Of a stretch of 64,000 nucleotides of DNA, positions 12,677 to 26,084 are shown one piece after another (position 1 is the stretch's first letter; each line of letters opens with the position of its first letter). The DNA lies in contig OX597821.1 of assembly GCA_951406725.2 (NCBI GenBank), positions 1,984,001-2,048,000 on the forward strand, read 5' to 3'. The translations under genes and the position numbers were made by a program. Origin of the DNA: Octopus vulgaris. Its lineage: Eukaryota. The notes beneath the pieces are model-generated. The model was not told the origin of the DNA. It did not search any database and saw only the letters and a program-made list of their open reading frames with translations.

Positions 12677-13461
12677 CAATATATATATATATATATGCAA
12701 TATATATATGTAAGTATATATCTGCGTGTGTTTATCTTTGTTTCTGTGTTTGTCCCCTACGACACGACGACAACCGGTGTCGGTGTGTTTATGTCTCCGT
12801 AAGAAGCAGGTTTAAAAGAAAATATAACTACAGGGGTCAGTTTATACGACTAAATCAAAACAGTTCAAGGCAGTGCCCCAACATAGCCGATAAAAAAATG
12901 AAAGCTATATATATATATATAAGTGCGACGATCATCTACACAGTTTTCATCTGCCAATCCCTCATAAGGGATTGATCTACCCTGGGTTACCGGGGTTTGA
13001 GAAGAGGATACTTGACCAACGTGCCGCAAAATTATGGTTACTTAACGCTAAATAGTAAAGGGAAAGCAATGCTAAGCTTGTGGGTTTCGAATTTAAACAA
13101 AACAGAAAACTACTCCTAAAGAGTATATCAATAATCTTGGTTCACATACTTGTTTGCAGCGATGCTGGAGCACTCTCTTGTACGGTTTTAGGCGACCTTC
13201 ACTTCTTTAGATGTAGTACTTATTTTATCGGTATTTTTGGCAGAAACGCTAAGTTATGGAGACATAAAGACACCAACACTGGTTCTCAGTTGGTGGTGGC
13301 CAACAAACACAGACACAAAGACACGCGCACGCACACATATACGCACGGAAGTCACTTGAGTCACTCTGCTGCTTCCCCTAAATATTAATAAAAATTTAAT
13401 CATTACAGTATTTACATTATTTACATTCGACGGATATTTGTCCTCATCTTTTTTGTTGTTA

Positions 13462-13504
13462 ACACAACGTTACGGCTGATATAACCTCCAGCCTTCATCA
13501 GGTT
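13462..13504 (-). ncRNA. Degenerate minimal hammerhead (GAAA mutated to GTAA)
   Basis: AAC-CTGATGA-AGGCTG(gaggttatat)CAGCC-GTAA-CG-TT-GTGT. Confidence 0.6.
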
Positions 13505-13568
13505 CTTGGGGGAAATTTCGAACTTGATTTCTTATTCCTAAGGTATAAATCGATGTTATTATTATTAC

Positions 13569-14112
13569 TGAGTAGAGAGAAGTGCATGCCATCAAACTGA
13601 CACTGGGGTAAAATATACGAAGCCCAGTATACCTATCATGACTACCCGTCTGATAAGGGTACACCAGGCACATGCATCACAACCATATGTGCGCGACATG
13701 GTGATCTCATATCAAGATAAACAGCACATGACCTTGCAGGTGGAGCCCAGTTAGAATTTTCTTCAGATCGAGTAACCCATCCCGCTCAAAAGGTCCCTGA
13801 ATAAGGGTTGTTTAAGGACGTTGAACGAAACACCCATGTTTCCAGAGGTGAATTATTCAAACCCCAAAGAATCCTTCTCAACACATGGCTATGATGCTCC
13901 CCCACTACTTCTGCTGGTGATCAGAGATGCACATATCGTCAGCCACTAAGGGACATGCTCAACTGGTTAAGATCAAACGACTGACAAGCAAATCTGTGGT
14001 ATTGAGCAGAATATTTGCTGCAGCCCATCTTTTATACCAAGACAAAACAATGTATATCATAACACCTCCAATCAGTTAAGGTCAGAAACCACGAGAGCCA
14101 CTGCCTGGTACT
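13569..14112 (-). mobile_element. ~545-bp non-coding retroposon inserted in (TAA)n, probably R4/Dong-mobilised
   Basis: Flanked by (TTA)n on both sides. Homologous to 54913-55335 and 58460-58525, whose shared terminus also abuts TAA-like tracts. Confidence 0.75.
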
Positions 14113-14934
14113 TTATTATTATTATTATTATTATTATCATTATTATTATTATTATTGAGGTCACTGCCTTGAATCAAACTTGGAATGTACGTGCATATAG
14201 CGTAGTGGTTAAAAGCGTGGGCTACTAACCTCAATATTCCGAGTTTGTTTTTTTTTATACGTACTGTTATTCTCGAAGACTCTAACCGAAGAGTTGGTTT
14301 TTATATAAAGTAGCTCAACACAATGAAAATATCTGCCAAATTACTAATGATTAACATGGAACCGTTTAAAACATTTAAAGAGAAACTGGACTATGTGGCT
14401 GTGGAAAAAAAAAAATGACTGCCATATATTTACAAGTTCAGCGTTGATATGTGGTTAAACAACAAGGACACCTCCAGCAGCAGTTGCGATAACAACAACA
14501 ACATTAGCAGCAGCGACAATAGGACCGGATATAGTAGGGTTTTAGAATTTAGATATGACAAAAATTTAGTTCTGTTACAAGACAGGAAAATATATCACAA
14601 CTCAAAAAAAATGTATACATATATTCCGCCCTTTTCTGCTTTATCTGGAAATATGAATATTGGAATCTTTAAGCTTTTAGGCTTTCAATAATAGATGAAA
14701 TATTCACATAACAGCTTTCAGTTAAACTTTTGTAAAATTGCCTCACAAGCAAAATGAAGAGTTGAACTTAGAGATTTATCGTGAAAGAACACGTTATATA
14801 ACGTACTCAGGCGTACGTTTGCTTTAGTTCGTTTGGTCTAGGAAAAAGCACTTTACTTTATCGACCACGAATGGATGAAATACAAATTTCCGTATGATTT
14901 CAGCGCAGAACGTAAAGAACCGAGAGTACTCTTT

Positions 14935-15280
14935 GTACTCTTTTTACTCTTTTACTTGTTTCAGTTATTTAGATGCGGCCATGCTGGAGAACCGCCTATA
15001 GTCGAGTACTTATTCTATCGGTCTCTTTTGCCGATCCGCTAAGTTACGGGGACATTAACACACCACCGTCGGTTGTCAAGCGATGCTGGGGGGACAAACA
15101 CAGACACACAAACATATACACACACCTACATACATATATACATATATACGACAGGCTTCTTTCAGTTTTCGTCTACCAGATCCATTCACATGAATTTGGT
15201 CGGCTTGTTGAAGTTTCTTGCCCAGTGTGCCACGCATTGACAATGAACCCGGAACCATGTGGTTCGTAAGCAAGCTACTC
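14935..15280 (-). mobile_element. SINE A with small deletions
   Basis: Matches 6279-6690. Confidence 0.85.
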
Positions 15281-17384
15281 CTTAATATATAAAACTATAG
15301 TAAAGGGAAAACATCACATTCTTGCTGATATTTTCGTTAAACATCATTTCATAAAGAATGTGAAAAATATTTATTCTATGGAAGGCTGTAAAGGAAAAAA
15401 AATAATATTTCGTTTAAAAAATCTGAGTGTTACATGGATGCGTACGATGATATTTGGTGTGAATAACACTGAGTCAATTTGAATCAAACTACACAATATA
15501 ATTTAATGTATTTGTAAATCAAAAACGAAAACATGAAACGAAAAGGTAACAAATGTTGTTTAAATTGCTTTTCATTCTGTTCGACATTGAAAAATATAAT
15601 TTAATGTAAAAATTATTTATTAAGTTATGTTGTTGCTGACGGAATTGATGATGATGAATACAACAATGATAGTGATGGTGGTGGTGGTAATGGTAACCGA
15701 TGACGATAATGATGACACTGATTAGATGATGATGACAATAGCAGAAATGGCGTTGATATTATTTATTATATGATAATGATCATAATTGATGGTAGATAAT
15801 GATGAAGAAGTGGAGCGGAGGTTTAGGTTGACAATAATGATGATGATGTTTAGGCTGACCATCTTAATCATTCTGGTGTTGAAATTATTGGTGATATAAT
15901 TATGATGTCGACGACGACGACGACGACGATGATGACGATGATGATGATTGTAGTGGTTTAGGTTAAGATGGGGGCGATGGCGGAGCGCATCCTCTTGCGG
16001 TTTCAACGGTAAACATTCAGTTGTTTGATTGACTGAACTAAACTCGTTAAAATAATGTATCTATTAAATGTATCGTTGAAATAATAATACTATCAAAACG
16101 CAGTGCAGGCTCTTAACTTTATTCTCATAGAAAATCAGAATGATTGAGCGCATGACAAAAGGCGCTTTTCAATTGCACATATACTTCATCCTACGGATTT
16201 TCACATAGGCTCCGTCAACTCTATTTCACTCTGGGAGAGAAGACAGAAATTCATGAAGAATTTAGGGAGAGGAGATACAAAGAGGAGAAATATTACTTAA
16301 CTGTGAGTTTGTTAGAAATAGAGACTAATGGTGCGGGTGCTGAGAGAGGAGATAAAAGGATTATTATAGGGCCTTTGCCTCTGAGAGGGTATACTAAGAT
16401 TTGTGTTGGTTTGTGGTGATGAGGAAACTTGGGTGTTAACGCTGGGGGATATGAGAGAGGAGATACTGAGATATGTGTGAAGGGTCTAGAAAAAGAAACG
16501 TCGGCGTCCGGGATAGGTCGCATTGGAGCAATGTATATGGATTCGGTGAATTACCTAGCAAGCAATTTTGAGACGCAGATTCTGTTGTCAATACTGCTGG
16601 AGTGGTAGGAGGATATTGAATCTGAATTTTAAATAATTAGTGTATGTCCGTGAGTGGCCCCTTTTTTAATAAGTCGAATGAGTTTTCTTTTGGGTATGTT
16701 CGAGGGTTGCTGTGTGAGTTGAATGTCGGTGGAACGTTGGACACAATTTCGTATGGATTTTAGATAAGTTTTTTTTCATTATTGCGTTTTACTTTTCCTA
16801 CATTCTGGAGTCGATAAAGTATTTTGGGATATCTGTATGCATAACAGTAGCGGAACTCCAGACCGGAAAGCAGCAAACATTTGTTGATTTTGTAGAGTTT
16901 GGAGCCAGCTCAACCGTATGAACCTGTTACATAGCTACAAAAATATAAAACATTTTGCAAGTAACACAAAGTTCATTGACATCGTGTCTCGGAAGTGGTC
17001 GGGTGGTCGATGACCAATTATCATCCAATGAATATGATTATTGATGCATAATGTTCTGACGACACATAACCAGTATTTTGTAAGCAAATATATGACCCAC
17101 AGAAATTAGATAATTATGAAGTCATCAACTGTATCGCGTCTTCTAGAATTAGATTTTGAATATTTTACGATTCAGACTGCTAATTATTTGAAATCGTTTC
17201 AAGATTAAACACAAATAGATACTGCCATTATCACAGGGAGAAATAATTGAATGGCTGAAGATAACTGCGTAGTTCGATAGTTCAAATCCCATGTTAATTG
17301 CAAAGCTTTCTTCTGATTTCTGCTATATGTCAACTATCGTAAGTAGAGCGAAAAATAGTGGCATCCTATAAAACAAAAACAAGT

Positions 17385-17767
17385 AAGCATGGATGTATGG
17401 TTAACAAGCTCACTTTGTAACTGGGCTGTTTCGGATTCAGTCCCACTGCGCAGAACCTGGGGATTGTTTCTTCTACTATAACCCCGAGCAGACCGAAAGC
17501 ATGTGAGCAAAATTTTTAGACACATACCGTATAGGAGCCTGTAACGCGCGCGCGCGCGTGTATATATTTATATGCATTAATGCATACATACACATATACG
17601 TTTGTATGTCATAGATCGCTAGCCACTACACATTCTTTATTTTCTCTCCTTGTTCCTATCTGTGTTCCTTTCTGTGGAAGAGCGTAGGCTCGAAACGTTA
17701 AAGACTTTTTCGCTTCCCGAGCATTAAACTAATACATCTGTTTGTTGTCTACATCACCTGTCTTCGT

Positions 17768-17806
<39 letters not shown>

Positions 17807-18044
17807 TTTCAAAATGTAACACATGTGGATCATTGGCGAATTTTTCCTTCGTCTTGCTTTTTTCTTGGACGTAAAACTACTTTTCTTTCCTTCCCTGTGC
17901 GTCTGCTAATTCTTTGCATGTACCACGTCCTCGTGTTGTTGATCTTTTCTTTTGTTTTTTCTTATTTTTTTCGGGGGGGTATTAGCTCCCTCTCTCTCTC
18001 TCTATATATATATGTATATATATATGTATATATATATGTATATA

Positions 18045-18089
<45 letters not shown>

Positions 18090-18310
18090 ATATATATATA
18101 TATGTATGTATGCATGAATCTTTTTTGTGTTTTCTCCGATCGATAACCGATGTTGGTTAGTTTACCTCTCCGTAATGTAGGTTCGCCCCAAAATACGATA
18201 GAGTAATTACCAGACACGATAATGTGTACTGGGGTCGATGAATTCAATTGAAACCTTCAGTTCGTTATCCCGATATGGCCGCAGTTCAATGTGTGAAGCA
18301 ATGTGTAAGA
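17385..18310 (+). mobile_element. Diverged SINE A split by nested elements
   Basis: 5' half at 17385-17545 and 3' half at ~18120-18310. Confidence 0.6.
17611..17771 (+). mobile_element. Short repeat family with a non-canonical hammerhead-like motif (17668-17703)
   Basis: CTTT-CTGTGGA-A-GAGC(gtag)GCTC-GAAA-CG-TT-AAAG. Homologs at 36704-36860 and 61874-62050. Confidence 0.7.
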
Positions 18311-20654
18311 TAACGGTTAAATGAAGAAAAGACTTAGTTATACACTCAAATATTAATAAAGAATTACATAGAATCTCTTCGATTTCAGTGTATCGATATC
18401 GTCCTCAATAACAAGCAATTAGTTGAACTTCTATATGGCAACGCAAGTTGCAGGATTTTGCATCATATTCGCCCCCAAATCAGAATATATGTTTAGAAAA
18501 AGTGAAATTCTTTAGAAAATGTGTTATGTTGAATAAAAGAAGGAATATTTATGGTCAGAACGTCTTTGATCATTGGTTTGCTCCATCATATCAAATTCGG
18601 AGCATTAAAAGAAATATTGAAGAAACCTTTACTTCTTTATTTCGGTATTTCTCTATGTAGCCATTTCTAGTGATATTTAAGATGTCTATTCCTGTCCTCT
18701 CGGAATCTTTCTTCATATTTTATCAAAGCATAAAACTATATTTTGTTATATATATATTGTTGTTTGCTTCCTTCCCAGACTATAGCCTTTCAAGACGTTA
18801 AAAAAAATGTACGTGACAGAAAACAAAGTGTTCACCGATATTAAGGCCAGAATTGTACTTTTTGTGGATCACGTGATCCAGGATCAAATATAATTTTATC
18901 TTCAGTTTAAAACCTTTATATTTTGCGAGGTTTTGCGGGTATTTTGGAAATGGAGCCATTGAAATATTCTGTATTGTAAGCTAATGCATAATTCTCCTCA
19001 ATATGAGGAGATGGAATTTATAAAAAATTTCTGTTACTCCTGACAATGACTTATAGAACAGCCATTTTGGAAGTTCAGATTTTCAGTGAAGTACTTTTAA
19101 AGATGCGGTGAAAATCTTAGAAGGTAAATGATATGTTAAGGTTTGAGGAAATACGCATTACACGTTTTTTTTTTTGTGTTAGTTTTCACTTTTATTTCCT
19201 GAATATAAAATGCGAAATTCTGAATAATTCACTTCAAAAATCTTAAAATGAAAGCGTTAAAAAGAAATACAAAAAAACAAAAAAATAACGACAGAAATAA
19301 AAGATAACAAAGCAATAAAAATCATATTTATCTCAACTTAACTTTCGCTTCAATCAGATATACGTCACATCACATATACTCTCTCACGGTTGTCGACACG
19401 ACATTAAACAAGAGAATACTGCTATCTGTTCCTAAAGGAATTGAATACATTAAATTTAAAACTCGATATTTACAAAGAAATATCTCGACATGTCGTAATA
19501 ACAAATGAATCAACATCATCGATCTTTCGTGTTTCGTGATTCTCACATCGATATTTCATTACACTGTTCTATTTATAGTATCTCCTTTCTTTTTAAAGTG
19601 ATCCTTTCATCTCTGCCTCCTGCACCACGCTCCTTCCAACAATACATTTTATCATTCATCCAAGTTTGATGTTGTTTTATTCATGCCAACATTCCTCACG
19701 AATGCTCATATACTGCTGTTGTTGATGTGCTTGTTTAACCACAAGTCAATCATGGTTGAGCACAAATATTCAGATACGTTCCAGCCGTGACTATCACGTT
19801 CTTCTTTTAGTATGCTGCGTATTTAAAGGAGTGAACACACGCGGCTTAATGGCTAGGGCGTTGCATTTATGATCGGAAATTCGTAGTTTCGACTCCTGCA
19901 TCGGGTAGCGCCTTCTTAAGCAAAATATTCATCTCACGTTACTAGAGTTCTGTTCAGCTGTAAATGAATAACTCTGCGACAGACAGGTGTTCTGTTCAAG
20001 GGCGGGCGTTGCTATGATCTCAGTCACCTTTATGACGCAGAAACCAGGCGCCCGGCTATCTAGTCCCAAAGCTCGAGATAGTAATTAATGTTCAGTGGTT
20101 GATGAAGACGATGATGATGTATGTAAAATAGCAATGTCTGATGTGCTCCTCACGTTTTCAAACCGATATTTTTTCATAAATTTCAAATAGATTTGATTGG
20201 TTATTGTAACTATATGAACAGACATGAATTTGGACGTAAGAATTTCGCTTTGCAATCAGTGGATTGGGATTCAGTTCCATTGTGCGCCACCTGGCGCAAA
20301 TGCTTTCAACTTTCGTTCGGGGCGAACCGATGTTTTAAGAGGGAATTTGGTGGACGGACGGAAACTATGCGAAACCATTTTGTATATGTGTGTGCATTTG
20401 TATGTATGTGCGAGTGCTATGTTTGTGTGTGCGAGTCTGTCCCCAGGCCACTTGACAATCGGTGTTGGACTGTTTGCGTCCCCATAACATAGTGGTTCGA
20501 TAAAGAAGGCAGCTAAAAGATGTAATAGGGTCTAAAATAATATATATGTATGTATATATATATATATATAACATATGTATATATATATGTCTATATAGAT
20601 ATATAAATATATGTATGTATATATGTGTACATGTATATATATATAAGTATGTAC

Positions 20655-20703
<49 letters not shown>

Positions 20704-20704
<1 letters not shown>

Positions 20705-20918
20705 TTTATTTAAAAGCAGCAGAAAATTCAACAAAACCTGTTACTCTGAGTTTCACGTTCCTGTTCGTCGGACAGTTTTTGCTAGAATGGGAACGTGAAA
20801 CTCAGAGTAAGAGGTTTTGTTGAATTTTCTGCTGCTTTTAAATAAAGCATATTACTCTACCACTGGTACTTGAGTACACTTTTTTCCACCTTGTTTCACA
20901 TTTATGTGTTTACTCCGG
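20704..20918. mobile_element. PLE-like tail-out inverted pair (arms 20704-20761 and 20790-20847) in (TA)n
   Basis: ~58-bp near-perfect inverted arms. The left arm has a complete HHR and the right arm only its 3' half. A degenerate relative lies at ~9212-9290. Confidence 0.75.
20738..20775 (-). ncRNA. Minimal type I hammerhead (CCGACGA core)
   Basis: CTGT-CCGACGA-AC(AGGAAC)GT-GAAA-CTC(A)GAG-TA-ACAG. Confidence 0.8.
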
Positions 20919-20930
20919 TATATATATATG

Positions 20931-21002
<72 letters not shown>

Positions 21003-21003
<1 letters not shown>

Positions 21004-21166
21004 GACAGGCTTCTTTCAGTATCCGTCTACCAAATCCATTCACAAGACTTACGTCGGCCCGAGGCTGCAGTAGAAAAGGCTTGCCCAAGGTGCCGCGCAG
21101 TGGGACTGAACCCAGAACCATGAGGTTGCGAAACAGCCTTCTTAAAACATAACCACGCCTGCGCCT
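21003..21166 (-). mobile_element. SINE A 5' half
   Basis: Matches the head of family A. Confidence 0.8.
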
Positions 21167-21252
21167 AGATATGTATTTATATTTGATATATCTATCCCAC
21201 GCTGATATATTTCTCTTTCTTTGTGTGAGTATACACACACACACATGCACAC

Positions 21253-21287
<35 letters not shown>

Positions 21288-21511
21288 AATGCGGGGGTGG
21301 GGGCTACAAGCTACAGTAACACCCACCCTTTGTGGTTAGCCATATTAAGATGGCAAACTTACCTCACATTGTCGTGCAGTTACTGTTTTTACCTCGTTCA
21401 GAGGTTTATTATTGCTTATATATATGTATTTATACATACACACACATATACATATACACGTTCATGTATCTGTACTTATACATGTATATATATATATATT
21501 TATATATAATA

Positions 21512-21676
<165 letters not shown>

Positions 21677-22036
21677 GTGTGTGTGTGTGTGTGCATGTGT
21701 GTGTATTATCTCTCTCTCACTCTCTCAGTCTCACTCTCTGTCTCTGTCTCAGTCTGTCTGTCACTCTCTCTGTATATAAGCATTCATATACTGAACCGCT
21801 TCTTCTACGCAAATATATGCAAACACAAGTGGTTTGTTGAGTCTTTCCTCCTTCCTTGTAAAGTAGAAAACGAATCATGCTAAAACGTAGGAAAAAAATT
21901 ACGCATAAAATCCACTCAGTTTGAATTTAATAGGATTTCGTGTTCCTTGTAATATGTATATTTGTGTAAACACACACATATGCATACACAAATACACATA
22001 TATATATAGATGTATATACGTCTGTGTTTGTGAGCG

Positions 22037-22069
<33 letters not shown>

Positions 22070-22190
22070 ATTTATATATACACATATATAGATATATATA
22101 TATACACACATATATACACACATATATATATACACACATATATACACACATATATATACATATATATATATATATGTATATATAAGTGTG

Positions 22191-22298
<108 letters not shown>

Positions 22299-23485
22299 TA
22301 TGTATATATCTGTATATGTATGTCTGCATCTGTGTGTGTGTTTGCGTGTGTGTATTCGGGAGATCCACGTATAGACGTGCACAGACGCCGGACTACATAT
22401 ATAAATTTTCGAGCATATTTAGACAAGAAGAAGAACGGCAGTCATAGTCAAGGACACACAGAACGGCACATATACATCAGAAAAATATACACACGCACTC
22501 CCACAGCAAAGACACGTACATAGTCAAAACGAAAAAGAAAAAGAAAACAAAAAATAAACCACTTGCATACTCAGGTATACAGATAGCCATGTATATATAG
22601 ATATATAAATGGCTATAAAGGTACAATCATATACACATATACGAATATACATATCTAGCATCTAACTGAGTTTCACACACAACTTTAAAAACGTACGTTT
22701 CATAAGATATACAAATAAATAGCCACACAGGTTACACGAAACATGCAAGTAGATAAATAATCGTATACACAGAGAAAATAGTGATATGAAATAAGACATA
22801 TATGGCCATACCAATAAACCATCAACGTATACGCACGCATTTAATATCATACGCTTTCACGCCAGCGCTTCTGTGTGATAGAGAAACAGTTACAGACGAA
22901 CGGCACACCTGATATAAACACACATACTTCTATACGCACAAATACACCCAAATAAACACATGTATATTTATACCACAAATATATACAAGCACACGAATCA
23001 CTGCAGAAATGCATATGTACAAAATACACGCATAACTGAATGCTTGTACGCTCATACACACATATACACAAGATACACATATATACATAGAGAGAGAGTG
23101 AGAGAGAGAGAGAGAGAGAAACAACCCTCATTACAGCACAACACACATATACAAGTGCTAATGCACTCATGAACACACACATATACACACACATATATAC
23201 AAACAGTACAATGCGTAAAAATACATATACATGTGTATATACATTCGTAAACTCATGCACATGGGCATATAGGAATACACTACCTCAAATGATAGCACAA
23301 TGCACACACAAGTGCTTATACACCCATAAACACATACATACAAATACACACACACACGTATATACAAGATAGAGGATGAAAACACTCATATAATAGTGTG
23401 TATACATTCATAAGCGCATATACGCAAGCATATATACGTGCAGCATAGCACAGCATACTCAAAGTTAAAGGAAGGAGGAAATTGT

Positions 23486-23541
23486 CGCCATCTTAACAAA
23501 AATGTCAAGCGTGCGAATTCTTTGAAATCGCCGCCATGTTG
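23486..23541 (-). promoter_or_regulatory. Pair of YY1-like motifs, possible promoter/5' end
   Basis: AAGATGGCG (23486-23494) and CAACATGGCGGCG (23529-23541) on the minus strand in otherwise CpG-poor DNA. Confidence 0.3.
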
Positions 23542-23944
23542 AATATTTTTTTAACGTTTCTTTTGTATATTTATTTATTGATTTATTTAATTTTGGTTTT
23601 TAAGGGACTTTAAATTTATTTTTCTCTCGTTTCTCAAAGAAGGAAAATGAAAGTAGTGGAGATGTAAACGCAATGAAGAGTACAGCTTCTCAGGGAAGGA
23701 TTAAAACAGAACATTAAAAACAGAACATCAGCCCCATCGCCGCTGACGCTGTCTCCTCCACCAGCACCACTACAGTGTGTTGGTATATGAGAGTTATTAT
23801 GTACCACAGACATCTGAGAGGGGAGCTGGAAAGAGACGACTATGGTGTCGAAGAATGCGAGAGGCAAAATGAGGAAGACGAGGCAGAGAGGAAGGATTTG
23901 AGAAGTAAAGATGGGTAGTTTTAGTAAGGAAATATCTATAATGA

Positions 23945-24240
23945 AAACATATTTCAGTGAAGCCGTCATTAACATCAATGATATAGACCTCAAATTTTAG
24001 TGACGTCATCGCTGTCAAATTAATTCTGTTATATACTGTCAACATACTTCAGTGACGTCGACACTTTCAACATATTTCTATAGCATCTACGTTAACTACA
24101 AATGCCTGTGTTGCTAACATCGTCAACATGTCGGCATGAAATCAACGTTGTGAACATATTTCAATGACGTCGATGAATCTCAGCAGATTTCAGTGACATC
24201 ACCAATGTTAAAGTAGTTCAATGACGTCGCTTGTCATCAC
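23945..24240. repeat. Degenerate ~28-30-bp minisatellite containing TGACGTC
   Basis: Recurring aacatatttcagtgacgtc-like units. Confidence 0.55.
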
Positions 24241-24984
24241 ATTGCAGTTTCTTTTTGCACCTCTCTCCAAATTCTTTTCTATCATGATGCTGACACCCTA
24301 ACCACTAAGCCACGCGCTTTCACACACACACACACACACACACATATATTACACTGTGTTATATCGGTGCTGATGGGAATGGTTGCAGTTCTAGTGGTTT
24401 TTGCATTCATGATTGCGGCAGTGATGGCGCTAGTAGCAGTGGGGCTAATAGAAAAGGTTGTGTTGTATGGTGGAGGTGATGTTGGTGAAGGTTGTCATGC
24501 CAAGAAGCGTGATGGTTACTGCGTCGTCGATAGAAATGAAAATGAGGGGACATAAATGTCTATGATGACAGTGATGGTGGAGGATGCTCTCAACCAAAAG
24601 TAGCGGAAGTGATTGCAGTGATAGCGAAAGCATTGATGTTGGTACGCGCTAGTGATGACAATGAAGATAGTTGAAGTGGCGCTAGCGTTGTTAGTTCCAA
24701 CCGAAGTAGTAGTCTCATAGAAGAGGTTGCAGTGATAGTATATATTATGATGGTGGTTGCTTTTCAAACAAATATAAATTGTGGTAGCGGTGGTCGTGGT
24801 GATAGCAGTGTTATTTGTAGCAGTGGTGGTGGTAGCGGTGACAGAGATCGTATAGGTGCTAGTGATATTTGTAGCAGTGTTGGCAACAGTTGTTGAGATA
24901 ATAATATTCAAGTTTTGGCTCAAGGCCAGCAGGTTCGGGAGATATATAATTTACAATACAAATTTACGCCAAATCCGGTATTCC

Positions 24985-25810
24985 ATTAGTAGTTATCTTA
25001 TCGACCCCAAAAGTATAAAAGCCAAAAGCGGAATTTGAACTCGTAGTATAAAGGCAGACGAAATGCCGCTAAGCATTTTGCTCGGTGCGATTAAGGATTC
25101 TTATTTCTTTACTGCCAACAAGGGGCTACATACAGAGGGGACGGACAAAGACAGACAAAGGTATTAAACGGATTATATCGACCCCAGTGCGTAACTGGTA
25201 CTTAGTTAATCGACCCCGAAAGGATGAAAGGCAAAGTCGACCTCGGCGGAATTTTAACTCAGAACGTAGCGCCAGACGAAATAACTATTTCTTTACTACC
25301 CACAAGGGGCTAAACACAGAGAGGACAAACAAGGACAGACAAATGGATTAAGTCGATTATATCGACTCCAGTACGTAACTGGTACTTATTTAATCGACCC
25401 AGAAAGGATGAAAGGCAAAGTTGACTTCGGCGGAATTTGAACTCAGAACGTAGCGGCAGACGAATTACCGCTAAGCATTTCGCCTGGCGTGCTAAAGTTC
25501 CTTATTTCTTTATTGCCCACAAGGAGCTAAACATACAGGGGACAAACAAGGATAGACAAAGGGATTAAGTCGATTATATCGACCCCAGTCCGTAACTGCT
25601 ACTTAATTTATCGACCTCGAAACGATGAAAGGCAAAGTCGACCTCGGCGGAATTTGAACTCAGAACGAAATACTGTTAAGCATTTCGCTCAGCTGGAACT
25701 TATTTCACCGACACCGAAAGGGATGAAAAGCAAAGTCGACCTCGGTGGAACTCGAACTCAGAACGTAAAGAAGCACGAAATGCCGCTAAGCAGTTTTTCC
25801 GGTGTGCCAA
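24985..25810 (-). mobile_element. Head-to-tail array of about five SINE family C units
   Basis: Repeated atcgaccccgaaaggatgaaaggcaaagtcgacctcggcggaatttgaactcagaacg. The middle units are ~190-210 bp apart. Confidence 0.85.
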
Positions 25811-25866
25811 CGATTCTGAAAACTCACCCCCTTAAACGCATAATAGTCCTATTGATGGCAGTGATA

Positions 25867-26080
25867 AGGCTGTGAGCTGGCAGAACCGTTAGCATGCCGG
25901 GCGAAATCCTTAACGGCATTTCGCCAATCTAATGTTCTGAGTTCAAATTTTGCTGGGGTCAACTTTACCTTTCATCGTTTCGGGGCTCAATTAAATGCGT
26001 ACTAGTTGAATACAGTGGTCAGCTTAATCGACCTTGCCCTTTCCTGAAATTGCTGGCCTAGTCCCAAAATTTGAAACCAA
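25867..26080 (+). mobile_element. SINE C copy, head-to-head with the array
   Basis: aaggctgtgagctggcagaaccgttagc...ttctgagttcaaat...cctttcatc. Confidence 0.8.
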
Positions 26081-26084
26081 TACT

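Larger units (their letters stand above)
11985..12900 (+). mobile_element. Diverged SINE A split by nested insertions (12190-12605)
   Basis: 5' half at 11985-12137 and 3' half at ~12720-12900. Confidence 0.65.
13400..14246 (-). mobile_element. tRNA-headed SINE-like element carrying a hammerhead, interrupted by 13569-14112, with an inverted 5' head
   Basis: B-box-like part at 14158-14187 (-), A-box/anticodon part at 14195-14246 (+), (AAT)n linker, and HHR at 13462-13504. Confidence 0.6.

Noticed and set aside
18779-19130. Exon-like segment with acceptor and donor
   Set aside because: Stops in the frames I read, and no recognisable protein.
24985-25810. CRISPR-like periodic repeat
   Set aside because: Eukaryotic context, units are ~200-bp SINE copies without unique spacers, and there are no cas genes.
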